The position numbers were made by a program, and so were the translations under genes. Below the pieces are notes generated by a model. That model saw nothing but the letters and a program-made list of their open reading frames with translations, was not told the origin of the DNA and ran no database searches. DNA of 64,000 bases, from positions 1 through 64,000 of the forward strand of contig JBDTZG010000005.1 of NCBI GenBank assembly GCA_040005235.1, in the 5' to 3' direction. Positions 1-8,215 of the stretch are shown here, in pieces (position 1 is the stretch's first letter; each line of letters starts with the position of its first letter). This stretch comes from Acidobacteriota bacterium. GTDB lineage: Bacteria > Acidobacteriota > Thermoanaerobaculia > Multivoradales > UBA5704.

Positions 1-2
1 AG

Positions 3-326
3 AAGGCCGAAGTGATGAAGCAGGCGGCGAGCGCGCTCACCGAGCTGGACAGCTATGGGACGGCGTCCACCGCCGACAAGTACCTCGAACAGATCCAGCA
101 GAAAGTCGCCGAATCGAAAGCCGCGGTCGAGGTGGCGACGGGAGGGCTCGACGTCGACCGGATCAACCTGGAACGCAAAGCGCGGCAGATCCAGGCGCAG
201 AGCATCCTCTCGGAGTTCGAGGTCGAGATGGGGATCAAGAAGCCGGACGCGGTCAGAGAAGCCGCACCGTTCCCGACCGAGAGCTCGGCCCAGCCCGCGG
301 CGCAGAAAGTTCCGGAGGGGCGCTGA
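3..326 (+). CDS. PspA/IM30 (ESCRT-III-like) family protein, C-terminal part; 5' end outside window
   Basis: Frame open from window edge; helical acidic C-terminus (DKYLEQIQQKVAESKAAVEVA...ILSEFEVEMG plus flexible tail) resembling PspA-type helices 4-5. Confidence 0.6.
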   Translation, partial: KAEVMKQAASALTELDSYGTASTADKYLEQIQQKVAESKAAVEVATGGLDVDRINLERKARQIQAQSILSEFEVEMGIKKPDAVREAAPFPTESSAQPAAQKVPEGR

Positions 327-345
327 CCCTTAGCGGGCTTTTCGC

Positions 346-1227
346 ATGGGCCTGTTCACCCGTTATCCGGCGCTCCAAAAAGCGGTCGCCAACCAGTACC
401 AGGCGATCCTCGCGGCGGGAGCTGTGGGCTTTTCGGTCCTCATGCTCTCGCCGCTGCCGCTCCTCCTGTTTGCCGGGGTCGAGCTGATGGTCATGCCGAT
501 GATGGTCGATCGCATCCGGCGTCGGCTGGAGATCGAGAAGAAATTCGCCGATCGCAACGCCGTCGAGATGAGCCAGAAGGAGCAGTGGGACGCCCTGCCC
601 GCGGCTCACCGGGCGCGATTCGAGCGGTTGCGCCAACTGGTGGGGAAGGTCCAGGCCAACTACAAAGGGCTTTCGGTCGCGAGTCAGGGCATCGTCGCCG
701 AGCAGGAGGCGAAGTTCGACGTGATTCTCGCCGCCTGTTTGAAACGCCTGTGGCTGCTCCAGAAGTATGACGAGATGCAGAGCGCGTTCGACGAGAAACA
801 GGTCGAGCAGGAGATCGCCCAGCTGCGCACGGCCCTCGACAAGCCGGCCGCCGAAAGCGACCTCGAACCGAGAGTACGCGAGGCGATCGAAAAAAACCTG
901 GAGATCAAAGAGCAGTTGATCGGCGCGACGAAGCAAAACGTCGCCAACCGCCGCGCTCTCGACGCAGAGATCGATTCGCTCGAATCGCTGCTCCAGCTCC
1001 TGTTCCAGAAGTCGGTCGCGGCGACCGACGCCGCAGCCTTCACCCTGGAGATCGACGACGTGCTCAACCAGGTGCAGGCCGACGCGGCGAGCGTTGAAGA
1101 GATGGAACGCATGCTCGGCAGCCTGCCCGATCTCGACAGCCGCCCACGCCTTTCGCCGCAGATCAAACAGGGGTTTTCGCCGCCTCCCCCTCCGCCGCCG
1201 CAGCGCGTCCGCGAAGGGCGGCGGTAG
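346..1227 (+). CDS. Membrane-anchored coiled-coil protein (N-terminal hydrophobic hairpin, poly-Pro tail)
   Basis: Hydrophobic segment ~aa 21-55, long E/K/Q-rich heptad region, C-terminal SPPPPPPPQ; 19-nt gap from upstream gene. Confidence 0.8.
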   Translation: MGLFTRYPALQKAVANQYQAILAAGAVGFSVLMLSPLPLLLFAGVELMVMPMMVDRIRRRLEIEKKFADRNAVEMSQKEQWDALPAAHRARFERLRQLVGKVQANYKGLSVASQGIVAEQEAKFDVILAACLKRLWLLQKYDEMQSAFDEKQVEQEIAQLRTALDKPAAESDLEPRVREAIEKNLEIKEQLIGATKQNVANRRALDAEIDSLESLLQLLFQKSVAATDAAAFTLEIDDVLNQVQADAASVEEMERMLGSLPDLDSRPRLSPQIKQGFSPPPPPPPQRVREGRR

Positions 1228-1245
1228 GCAAGCGCCATTCCGACT

Positions 1246-3009
1246 ATGCCCGAACCGAACGCTCTTCCCGCCGCCCCCGGTTTCCTCGACTCGCTCCCGC
1301 CTTGGGCCGCCCGCCTGGCGCGCGCGGTCCTCGCCAAGCAGGCTTCGACGTTCGTCATCCACGGCATCCCGGCCGATCTGGTTCCGGTGCGGGGAAGCGG
1401 AGGGTTGCGTTTCTTGAGCCTCGATGACTTTCTGACCGGGGAGCTGTTCGCCACCTGGCCTTCGATCATCACGTTCAATCGCGCCGAGGGTCTCGGTTTC
1501 GCCAGCCCCGCCGCGCGGTCGCATTTCCAGGAACGGATGAAGGCGTACGACGTGGTCCACGGCACCGCCTGGGGGGAGGGGCTGCCGCGCGACGCACCCA
1601 ACTGCTTCGCGCTGCTCGATTCGTACTTCCGGCATTGCGCCTCTCTTTCCCCCGCGCGACCGGTCGTCCTGCTGTTGCCTTTCGCCGAGACCCTGGTGCC
1701 GGCGGCAGAAGTCTCCTATCGCACGCCGGAGGATCGGGCGGTCCTGGTCTATCTCCGCAAATGGTCGCAGGACCCGGTGCTGCTGGCCAAAAACATCGTG
1801 ATCGTGATGATCGCCGAGAGCCTGGCGGAGCTCGATCCCAAGCTGGTCCGCTCGCACGCCACCCGGGAGCTGGAGATTGTCCGGCCGGACCTCGCCGAGC
1901 GGCGCGCCTATCTCGAAGCGGTGCGCGCGCCCGATTGGTACGATCGGCGCTCGGACCTGCCCTCCATCCGCTTGGCCGAGCTGACCGCCGGCATGACCCG
2001 CTTCCAGATGGCGCAATTGCTCGACGAGGCGGACGCGGACGGCGCGAAGCTCTCGCTCGATCGTGTCCGGCAGGTGAAGAAAGAGGTCATCGAAACGGAG
2101 GGCCTGGGCCTGCTCGAATACGTCGAGCCGAAGTTTGACCTGGGAATGGTCGCCGGCATGCCCGCGGTCAAGGCTCGCCTGCGCCGCGCGGCCAAGGCGA
2201 TCGCCCGCGGCAATCCGGCCGCGGTGCCAATGGGCTACCTGGTTTGCGGCCCGGTCGGCAGCGCCAAGACGTTCCTGGTCGAATGCTTCGTCAAGGAGAT
2301 CGGCTTTCCGGTCGTCAAGCTCAAGAACTTCCGCTCGATGTGGGTCGGCTCGACCGAGGCGAACCTCGAACGGATCTTGAAGATTCTCGCCTCGCTTACC
2401 CCTGTGGGGGTGATGATCGACGAGGCCGACACCGCCCTCGGCAACCGGGAGCAGTCGGGCGACTCGGGCACCCAAAATCGCGTCTTCGGCCAGATCGCAA
2501 GCTTCATGGGCGACACCAAGAACCGCGGCAAGATCCTCTGGTTCCTGATCACCGCGCGCCCCGACCTGCTGCCGATCGACCTGAAGCGCCAAGGCCGCGC
2601 GGAAGAGCACATCCCGCTCTTTTACCCCGAGACGATGCACGAGTACGACGAGGTCTTCCAGGTGATGAAGACCAAGCTCGGCCTGCGTACGCCGGTGGCG
2701 ACGCTCGCCGAAGTGACGACCCCCGAAAAACTGCTCGGCTACTCCGGCTCGGATCTGGAAGCCGTGCTCGTCCGCTCGGTCCTCGAAGCCGAAGCGGCGG
2801 AATCTTCCCAAGTCGCGGCCGAGCACCTCAAGCGCGCCTTCGACGATTTCATCCCCACCACCAACAGCCGCGAGCGCCAGATGCAGATCCTCGTCGCCGT
2901 TCTCGAATGCACCAGCCGAGAGCTGCTCCCCGAGGCCTACCGCGACCTGGACCGCGGCGACATCCAGGCGCAAATCGCTCAGATCAAATTGGAGCTCAAG
3001 CTCCTGTAG
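1246..3009 (+). CDS. Classical-clade AAA+ ATPase (degenerate N-terminal AAA-like domain + C-terminal AAA domain)
   Basis: Walker A variant GPVGSAKT, pore loop SMWVGSTE, Walker B VMIDEAD, SRH TARPDLL..LKRQGR, GYSGSDL. Confidence 0.9.
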   Translation: MPEPNALPAAPGFLDSLPPWAARLARAVLAKQASTFVIHGIPADLVPVRGSGGLRFLSLDDFLTGELFATWPSIITFNRAEGLGFASPAARSHFQERMKAYDVVHGTAWGEGLPRDAPNCFALLDSYFRHCASLSPARPVVLLLPFAETLVPAAEVSYRTPEDRAVLVYLRKWSQDPVLLAKNIVIVMIAESLAELDPKLVRSHATRELEIVRPDLAERRAYLEAVRAPDWYDRRSDLPSIRLAELTAGMTRFQMAQLLDEADADGAKLSLDRVRQVKKEVIETEGLGLLEYVEPKFDLGMVAGMPAVKARLRRAAKAIARGNPAAVPMGYLVCGPVGSAKTFLVECFVKEIGFPVVKLKNFRSMWVGSTEANLERILKILASLTPVGVMIDEADTALGNREQSGDSGTQNRVFGQIASFMGDTKNRGKILWFLITARPDLLPIDLKRQGRAEEHIPLFYPETMHEYDEVFQVMKTKLGLRTPVATLAEVTTPEKLLGYSGSDLEAVLVRSVLEAEAAESSQVAAEHLKRAFDDFIPTTNSRERQMQILVAVLECTSRELLPEAYRDLDRGDIQAQIAQIKLELKLL

Positions 3010-3113
3010 GATGGTGACCGCACAAGCAGTCAGATCTCGACCACGTCTTCTCCTCCGGGTTCCTCTCTGGGATATCCACGCGAGGAGGAGCTTCCACAGA
3101 GGGAGAACAAACA

Positions 3114-3368
3114 ATGAGCGCACAGAGCATCATCCTGTTCCTGATCATCGGCGCGATCGCCGGATGGCTCGCCGGCGAGCTTTGGAAGGGGCACGGCTTC
3201 GGCCTCCTCGGTAACATCGTCGTGGGCATCGTGGGTGCCTTCTTGGGCAGTTTCCTGCTCGGCAAGCTCGGTGTCGCCTTCGGAGGAGGAATCCTCGGCT
3301 CGATCCTCGTCGCCACGATAGGGGCGCTGGTCTTGTTGCTGATCGTCGGGTTGGTCAAACGGGCCTGA
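3114..3368 (+). CDS. GlsB/YeaQ/YmgE family (transglycosylase-associated) stress membrane protein
   Basis: IIGAIAGWLA...GLLGNIVVGIVGAFLG...ATIGALVLL signature; RBS GGAG. Confidence 0.9.
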   Translation: MSAQSIILFLIIGAIAGWLAGELWKGHGFGLLGNIVVGIVGAFLGSFLLGKLGVAFGGGILGSILVATIGALVLLLIVGLVKRA

Positions 3369-3379
3369 CGAGCACTCAA

Positions 3380-3420
3380 GGAGCGGAGGAGCGCGCCCGG
3401 AGGGCGCTCCTCCGTTTCCT
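3380..3420 (+). terminator. GC-rich hairpin, probable terminator
   Basis: CGGAGGAGCGC..GGA..GCGCTCCTCCG inverted repeat followed by TTT right after the stop. Confidence 0.5.
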
Positions 3421-3424
3421 GCGA

Positions 3425-3705
3425 GTCGCGGAAGGCGTTCGCCAATTTTCCGGACGCTTTCCAGCGAGCGGTGGAAAGCATTCGCCAATCGCTGAAGGGC
3501 ATTCAGCGAACGCCGGAGAGCTTCCAGGAAGAGTCGAAGAGCTTCCGGCAACCGCCGGGAGCTGTCCAGCGATTGCCGGAGGCCATCCGCCGATTCAAGA
3601 AAGCGGTCTTGCGATTCGCGTAGAGGAACCGCGAGTCCGTGGAAACGGTCCGCGATGTTGCGCACGGCTTCCATGAAGCCGCGAAAGACTTCCAACAAAA
3701 GGTGA
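3425..3705. repeat. Degenerate ~21-nt periodic tract
   Basis: Heptad periodicity visible in translations of both strands (LPEALRL/FLEALRR/SLNALQR/LANAFHR on minus). Confidence 0.55.
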
Positions 3706-3882
3706 ACATGCTGGAGGGATTGGCGACTCCGAGATTCTCGGGCTGCCTCGGGGGCATCTCTACGCGCAATGTTTTCCTGTTTCAGGCGGGGCAAGGGAGG
3801 GGGTCCGGGGTGGGGCAGCGGCCTGGACCTTGCAGCCTAGACCTTTGCCGAATGGACGGCGCTCTTGGAGAAAGGCCCTTTC

Positions 3883-4236
3883 ATGGCGATCAAGAATGCA
3901 TTGGCCAGCGTGGCGGTCAAGGACTTGGATACGGCGGCAAAGTGGTACGAACAGGTGCTCGGCAGGCCGGGATCAAGGCCTATGCCCGAGGTGGCGGAGT
4001 GGAGCTTCGAGAACGGGGGAGGCCTCCAACTCTACCAACTCCCGGAGCGCTCGGGTTCAGGCTCCTTTACTTTGGTGGTCTCCGACATCGAAGAGATCGC
4101 GACCCACCTCGGGACCTTGAACGTCGACAACTCGCAAAGGACATCGAGCGAAAGGGTGAAGACGTTGATGATCACCGACCCGGACGGCAATCACATCGCC
4201 TTTGCGGAATCACACGATCCGACCTTGGCGCATTAG
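3883..4236 (+). CDS. VOC/glyoxalase family protein
   Basis: VAVKDLDTAAKWYEQVLG...ITDPDGNHI motifs. Confidence 0.85.
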   Translation: MAIKNALASVAVKDLDTAAKWYEQVLGRPGSRPMPEVAEWSFENGGGLQLYQLPERSGSGSFTLVVSDIEEIATHLGTLNVDNSQRTSSERVKTLMITDPDGNHIAFAESHDPTLAH

Positions 4237-4279
4237 AATTCGATCGCCAGGCGTCGGCGCATGAAGCGGAAAATCGCGG

Positions 4280-4882
4280 TTACTTGCCTTCCTTCTCGGT
4301 GATCTGGTGAAGGGCGGTAATCAGATGCTGAGCCCTGTGACTCAGCTCTGAGACGCTACTCGTATCTGATGAGAGCTCGCTCTCGGGTACTTCGATCATC
4401 CGCGGGCCGTCAAACGTGAGCAGGTAAAATCGGCCGTGGTTCGGGTCGGGGTACGAGAAATCAGTGGTGGGCTTTGAAAGATCGTAGAACTGCTCGGACG
4501 TGCGCACGAGATCCTGGGCCGCGATCCGAACCGGTTCATGAGAGAAACCGCCGATGATTCCGTAGGTCGACGTGGTGTAAAGGCTGGCATTCCCATCGCT
4601 AAAGCCGACCACGGTCACCGTCTGGTCGGAGATCGGCCAATCCATGACGACGCCATAGATTCGCGGAAATTGTTCGCTCGGCGTGACGCCGAACTCTCCC
4701 GGCTTCTTGGTGAGCATCTGCCGTCTCATTTCCTTCATCGGTGCACTCCTCGGAGGAAAGGAACCCGAAGGCGAGGCAGAGGGAGAAGTCGAAGCCGACG
4801 GAGGCGGCGAAGGAGGGGCGGCCTGCTGGCAGCCAGCGCCCAAAAGGGAAGCCGAGAACGCGAGAGTCGTTAGAAGTTTCAC
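4280..4882 (-). CDS. Hypothetical lipoprotein
   Basis: Signal peptide with lipobox LGAGC, Pro/Ser linker, globular domain (DGNASLYTTS..GIIGG). Confidence 0.7.
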   Translation of the reverse strand: MKLLTTLAFSASLLGAGCQQAAPPSPPPSASTSPSASPSGSFPPRSAPMKEMRRQMLTKKPGEFGVTPSEQFPRIYGVVMDWPISDQTVTVVGFSDGNASLYTTSTYGIIGGFSHEPVRIAAQDLVRTSEQFYDLSKPTTDFSYPDPNHGRFYLLTFDGPRMIEVPESELSSDTSSVSELSHRAQHLITALHQITEKEGK

Positions 4883-4997
4883 CGAGGCTCCAGATGGCTT
4901 GAGATGGCGAGGTGACCGCGCGCAGCGTGCCCGGTCACGTTCTCCAATTTCGCGGCGCAGCCGGGCTCAACCCACTAGCCCGGACGCGCTCTCCGTC

Positions 4998-5954
4998 CTA
5001 CTTCTTCGGCAACACCAGCTCCCACCCGATCTCGATCAGGTTCGGATCGGCGATGCGGCCTTTGTTGGCGTCCCAGATCTCGGTCCAGCGGCCGATCTTG
5101 CCGAGTTGGTCGCGGGCGATGGCGGAAAGGGTGTCGCCGGATTTCACTTTGTAGACGCTTTGGCCCGCGGCGGCCACCTGTTCTTTGGCGATCGGGGCGG
5201 GGCCGGTTCCGCCGAGGTATTTCCGGATGATCTGGCGGTACTCGTCCGAGGCGCGGAGGCCGCGGATGGAGGCGTTGACGATCTTGAGCAGGCTCGTGGC
5301 ACCTCGGCGGACACCGACGCTATAGGCGGACTTCGTCAGGTTGAACTGGACGATCTCCAGCCCTTGGTACTCCTTCAGCTCTTCTTGGGCGTACGGATAG
5401 TCGTAGATGAAGGCGTCGATCTTCCCCTGCTTCAGGAGATCGAAATAGCCGTCCTCGTACTTTTCAAGCCGCTTGTATCCACGGACCATTCCCTTCACCG
5501 CTTCCTCGGCGGCGGGATCGTTGAAGATGCCGATCACCTTGCCGGAAAGGTCGCTGGTGCTGTGGATCGAGCTGCCCTTCTTGACGACCAGGCAGAGGCC
5601 GTAGTCGTAGTAGGAATCCGACCAATCAACACCGGCGATCGAGTCGTCCGCGGTGTACCCCGAGATGATCACGTCGGCCTTGCCGTTGATCAACCGTCCC
5701 GGCAGCTCGCTGTATTTGCCGGGGACGATGACCACCGTGTCGACGCCGATCCTCTTGGCGATCGCATTTGCGACCGACCAATCGAAGCCGTCGTACTTCG
5801 AGCCTTCCTTGAACAACATGGGCGGCGTGCCGGGCTCGGCGGCGACGCGCAGCACGCCGGCATCGACGATCTTCTGAAGCGAGTCGTCGGCCTTGGCCGG
5901 GGTCGAGAACGCCAGGGCGATCAGGGCCGTGGCGAGAAGTGCGGGAGCTTTCAT
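4998..5954 (-). CDS. Family 3 substrate-binding protein fused to C-terminal LysM domain
   Basis: Signal peptide AKA-D; SBP_bac_3 motifs (GVLRVA, GFDWSVA, GKIDA); LysM YKVKSGDTLSAIA...NLIEIGWELVLP. Confidence 0.85.
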   Translation of the reverse strand: MKAPALLATALIALAFSTPAKADDSLQKIVDAGVLRVAAEPGTPPMLFKEGSKYDGFDWSVANAIAKRIGVDTVVIVPGKYSELPGRLINGKADVIISGYTADDSIAGVDWSDSYYDYGLCLVVKKGSSIHSTSDLSGKVIGIFNDPAAEEAVKGMVRGYKRLEKYEDGYFDLLKQGKIDAFIYDYPYAQEELKEYQGLEIVQFNLTKSAYSVGVRRGATSLLKIVNASIRGLRASDEYRQIIRKYLGGTGPAPIAKEQVAAAGQSVYKVKSGDTLSAIARDQLGKIGRWTEIWDANKGRIADPNLIEIGWELVLPKK

Positions 5955-5989
5955 GGCGGCGATCCTCGGGTTCGTTTCGATGGGGCGGT

Positions 5990-6868
5990 TCACTTCGATT
6001 TGGCGCAACGGAAGCCGAGAGAAGAGCTACGGTCGGTCGGCGAGATGGCGAGGCGATGGTGGGTGCGGCCATCGTTCAAATCCCAAGAGTCCCAGGAACC
6101 GCCGGCCGCCAGATAGTTGTCGGCCTCGTCGGGGCTGTTCGTCGAGGTCCATTCCGAGACGTTGCCCGCTAGCCCTAGTACTCCATAGGGGCTCGCGTCG
6201 CGGGCATAGGCCTCGTCGTCGACCGCCCAGGTGGGGATCTTCTTCGCGGCGTTGTTTTTGTCGTGATCGGCGCCCAGGATGTTGACCGCTGTCGGGTCGA
6301 TCGTGGCACCGGTCGGGAACTCGCGACCGTCGGTTCCGCGGGCGGCCTTCTCCCATTCGGCGATCGTCGGCAGCCGGCCCCCGGCCCATTTGCAATAGGC
6401 CTTGGCGTCGCCCCAGGAGACGAAGACCACCGGATTGTTGCGGTGGCTGTCCAGGTACGCCTCGTCATCCCAATAGTTGGGCACCTCGCGCGGGCCGCAG
6501 CTCGATCCCGCGGCACACTCGCCGAGGAACTTCTCGTATTCGCCGTTGGTCACCTCGGTCCGGCCGATCCTGAACGTCGACACGTCGACGCTCTCCTGGT
6601 TCTGGCCGGAGGAGAAAATCCCGCCGGGTACCTCGATCCAGGGCTCGTTGCTCGCACGGGTGGAAGTCGAAGTCTGGCTCGGGGTACTACCGTCGTTCGA
6701 CGTAGCGTTGGTCGAGGTCGCCGAGGTCGTCGAGCCATCGTCGGACGGCGTCGCCTTCGGCCGGTTCCAGGGCAGCTTGTCCTTAGGGACGAATTTGTAG
6801 ATCGCAGTGCCGACCAGGCCAAGGCCGATCAAGAACAGCAAAGCCTTGGCAAGCGGGGTCAGTTTCAT
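5990..6868 (-). CDS. Membrane-anchored FGE-sulfatase (SUMF1/PvdO-like) domain protein
   Basis: TEVTNGEY, NPVVFVSWGDAKAYCKWAGGRLPTIAEWEKAARG, GNVSEW, GGSW, LGFRC; N-terminal TM and Ser/Thr linker. Confidence 0.9.
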   Translation of the reverse strand: MKLTPLAKALLFLIGLGLVGTAIYKFVPKDKLPWNRPKATPSDDGSTTSATSTNATSNDGSTPSQTSTSTRASNEPWIEVPGGIFSSGQNQESVDVSTFRIGRTEVTNGEYEKFLGECAAGSSCGPREVPNYWDDEAYLDSHRNNPVVFVSWGDAKAYCKWAGGRLPTIAEWEKAARGTDGREFPTGATIDPTAVNILGADHDKNNAAKKIPTWAVDDEAYARDASPYGVLGLAGNVSEWTSTNSPDEADNYLAAGGSWDSWDLNDGRTHHRLAISPTDRSSSLGFRCAKSK

Positions 6869-7069
6869 AGTCGGGAGCTCCTTTGCGCCGTCTGCCGAGC
6901 GTGCCTGGGCTGGCACGCAGGGGCCTCGGGCGTCACCCTCGGAAGACACCGATGCTATGCGAGCCGTTCATGGGGGTCAAAAGGTGGGGATTCACCTCGA
7001 AGCGCTCCGGCTGCTCGGGATCGCGGGAAGGGCGTAGAATCTTCCGTGGCAAGACCCGATGGAGGAGCC

Positions 7070-7381
7070 ATGTCCGCAATCACCCTGCCCGAGCCGACCG
7101 AGAAGATTTTCGTCGAAGCTCCGACTTCGGTCGCGAGAGAGCTGCCTTCCAATCTAGGAGACCGCACCGAGATTCTACGCTTAGGCCTCCGCGAGTGGAA
7201 AATCCTGAAGGCCTTGGAAGCCGACCGCAAGGGAGAAGGCACTCTTGCGTATGCCGCTCATCGTGCCGGGATCTCGCTGTGGGAGATTGGTGCGGTTGCC
7301 TATTCCCACGGACTTGGTCCAGATCTCGATCCTCGAGTCCTTGATGGCGAAATGACCTTGGAGCGGGCCTCACTCCTGTAA
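7070..7381 (+). CDS. UPF0175-like putative antitoxin
   Basis: GGAGG RBS; LEADRKGEGTLAYAAHRAGISLWE HTH-like signature; directly upstream of a PIN remnant. Confidence 0.6.
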   Translation: MSAITLPEPTEKIFVEAPTSVARELPSNLGDRTEILRLGLREWKILKALEADRKGEGTLAYAAHRAGISLWEIGAVAYSHGLGPDLDPRVLDGEMTLERASLL

Positions 7382-7497
7382 TTGTCGTTTCAGATTCCGG
7401 ACCCCTTATCGCATTGGCCAAGATCGACGCCTTGTCGGTTCTCTTCGGGCTCTACTCCGAAATCCTCATACCTCCTTCGGTTCTGGAGGAGACCGTC
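7378..7497 (+). pseudogene. Truncated DUF3368-like PIN toxin
   Basis: Frame reads VIVVSDSGPLIALAKIDALSVLFGLYSEILIPPSVLEET then loses similarity; begins GTA, not GTG. Confidence 0.7.
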
Positions 7498-7639
7498 GGC
7501 GCCGCGCCTGCTGCAGGAGTGGGTTCTCTCCTGGCGCGGAGCGGGGGTGACGTTTGAGATCGTCCCTGTCGTGCGAAGCCAAGAGACGCGAGAGGTCGTG
7601 GCTCCTTTCTTGGAACGAGGCAAGGACGAGGCGCCATGA
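7498..7639 (+). pseudogene. 3' remnant of DUF3303-like gene
   Basis: RLLQEWVLSWRGAGVTFEIVPVV..ETREVVAPFL resembles the DUF3303 C-terminus; no N-terminus. Confidence 0.5.
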
Positions 7640-7728
7640 GTCGGCGAGAGCGCCTCGTCCCTGTGGCCGCCTTGGCGACCCTCGGCGGATGCTGCCGCCG
7701 AATAGGGCGCCAAGAGCGGCCTGCCCGT

Positions 7729-8130
7729 CTACTTGCTCCCTTGCGGTTCCGAGATCGTGAACTTGAACCCGTCGGGATCGGTCACGGCAAAGCCCATCGG
7801 TCCCCAGGGGAGCTTCTCCACGTCGGAGTCGAGCGCGTAGCCGGCCGCCTTGATCTGGTCGGCGAGCGCCTGGAGATCCTGCTCGGTCTCGATCCAGAAA
7901 CGGAGGCCGACCCCCTTGGCGCGATCGCGGCCCTTGGCGAAATCGTCCTGACCGATACCCAGAGAGCCGTTGCCTGCCTTGAGCATCGCGAAGCGGAGCA
8001 CGCCTTCGTGCTCGTCGCGGTTCAGTACTTCAAAGCCGAGTGCCTCGGTATAAAACTTTAGGCTCGCAGCCACGTCGTTGACCGTGAGCCCCGGGGCGAT
8101 ACCCTTGGTTTCCAGCTGTATTTTGCTCAT
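7729..8130 (-). CDS. VOC/glyoxalase/bleomycin-resistance family protein
   Basis: LTVNDVAASLKFYTEALGF...PWG...VTDPDGFKFTI; RBS AAGGAG. Confidence 0.9.
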   Translation of the reverse strand: MSKIQLETKGIAPGLTVNDVAASLKFYTEALGFEVLNRDEHEGVLRFAMLKAGNGSLGIGQDDFAKGRDRAKGVGLRFWIETEQDLQALADQIKAAGYALDSDVEKLPWGPMGFAVTDPDGFKFTISEPQGSK

Positions 8131-8215
8131 GTCGTCTCTCCTTCGGAAGAGTGGAACATACTCCGAGCGGGCCGGCCGGGGCAACCGCGAACGGGTGACG
8201 ATCCGGCTGCGGTCC

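Noticed and set aside
253-3123. 956-aa antisense ORF and many similar long shadow ORFs across the window
   Set aside because: Antisense or alternate-frame shadows of real genes in high-GC DNA; Arg/Gly/Pro-rich with no motifs
5990-6868. FGE/C-type-lectin domain as a diversity-generating retroelement target
   Set aside because: No reverse transcriptase or template-repeat copy of the 3' end seen in the window
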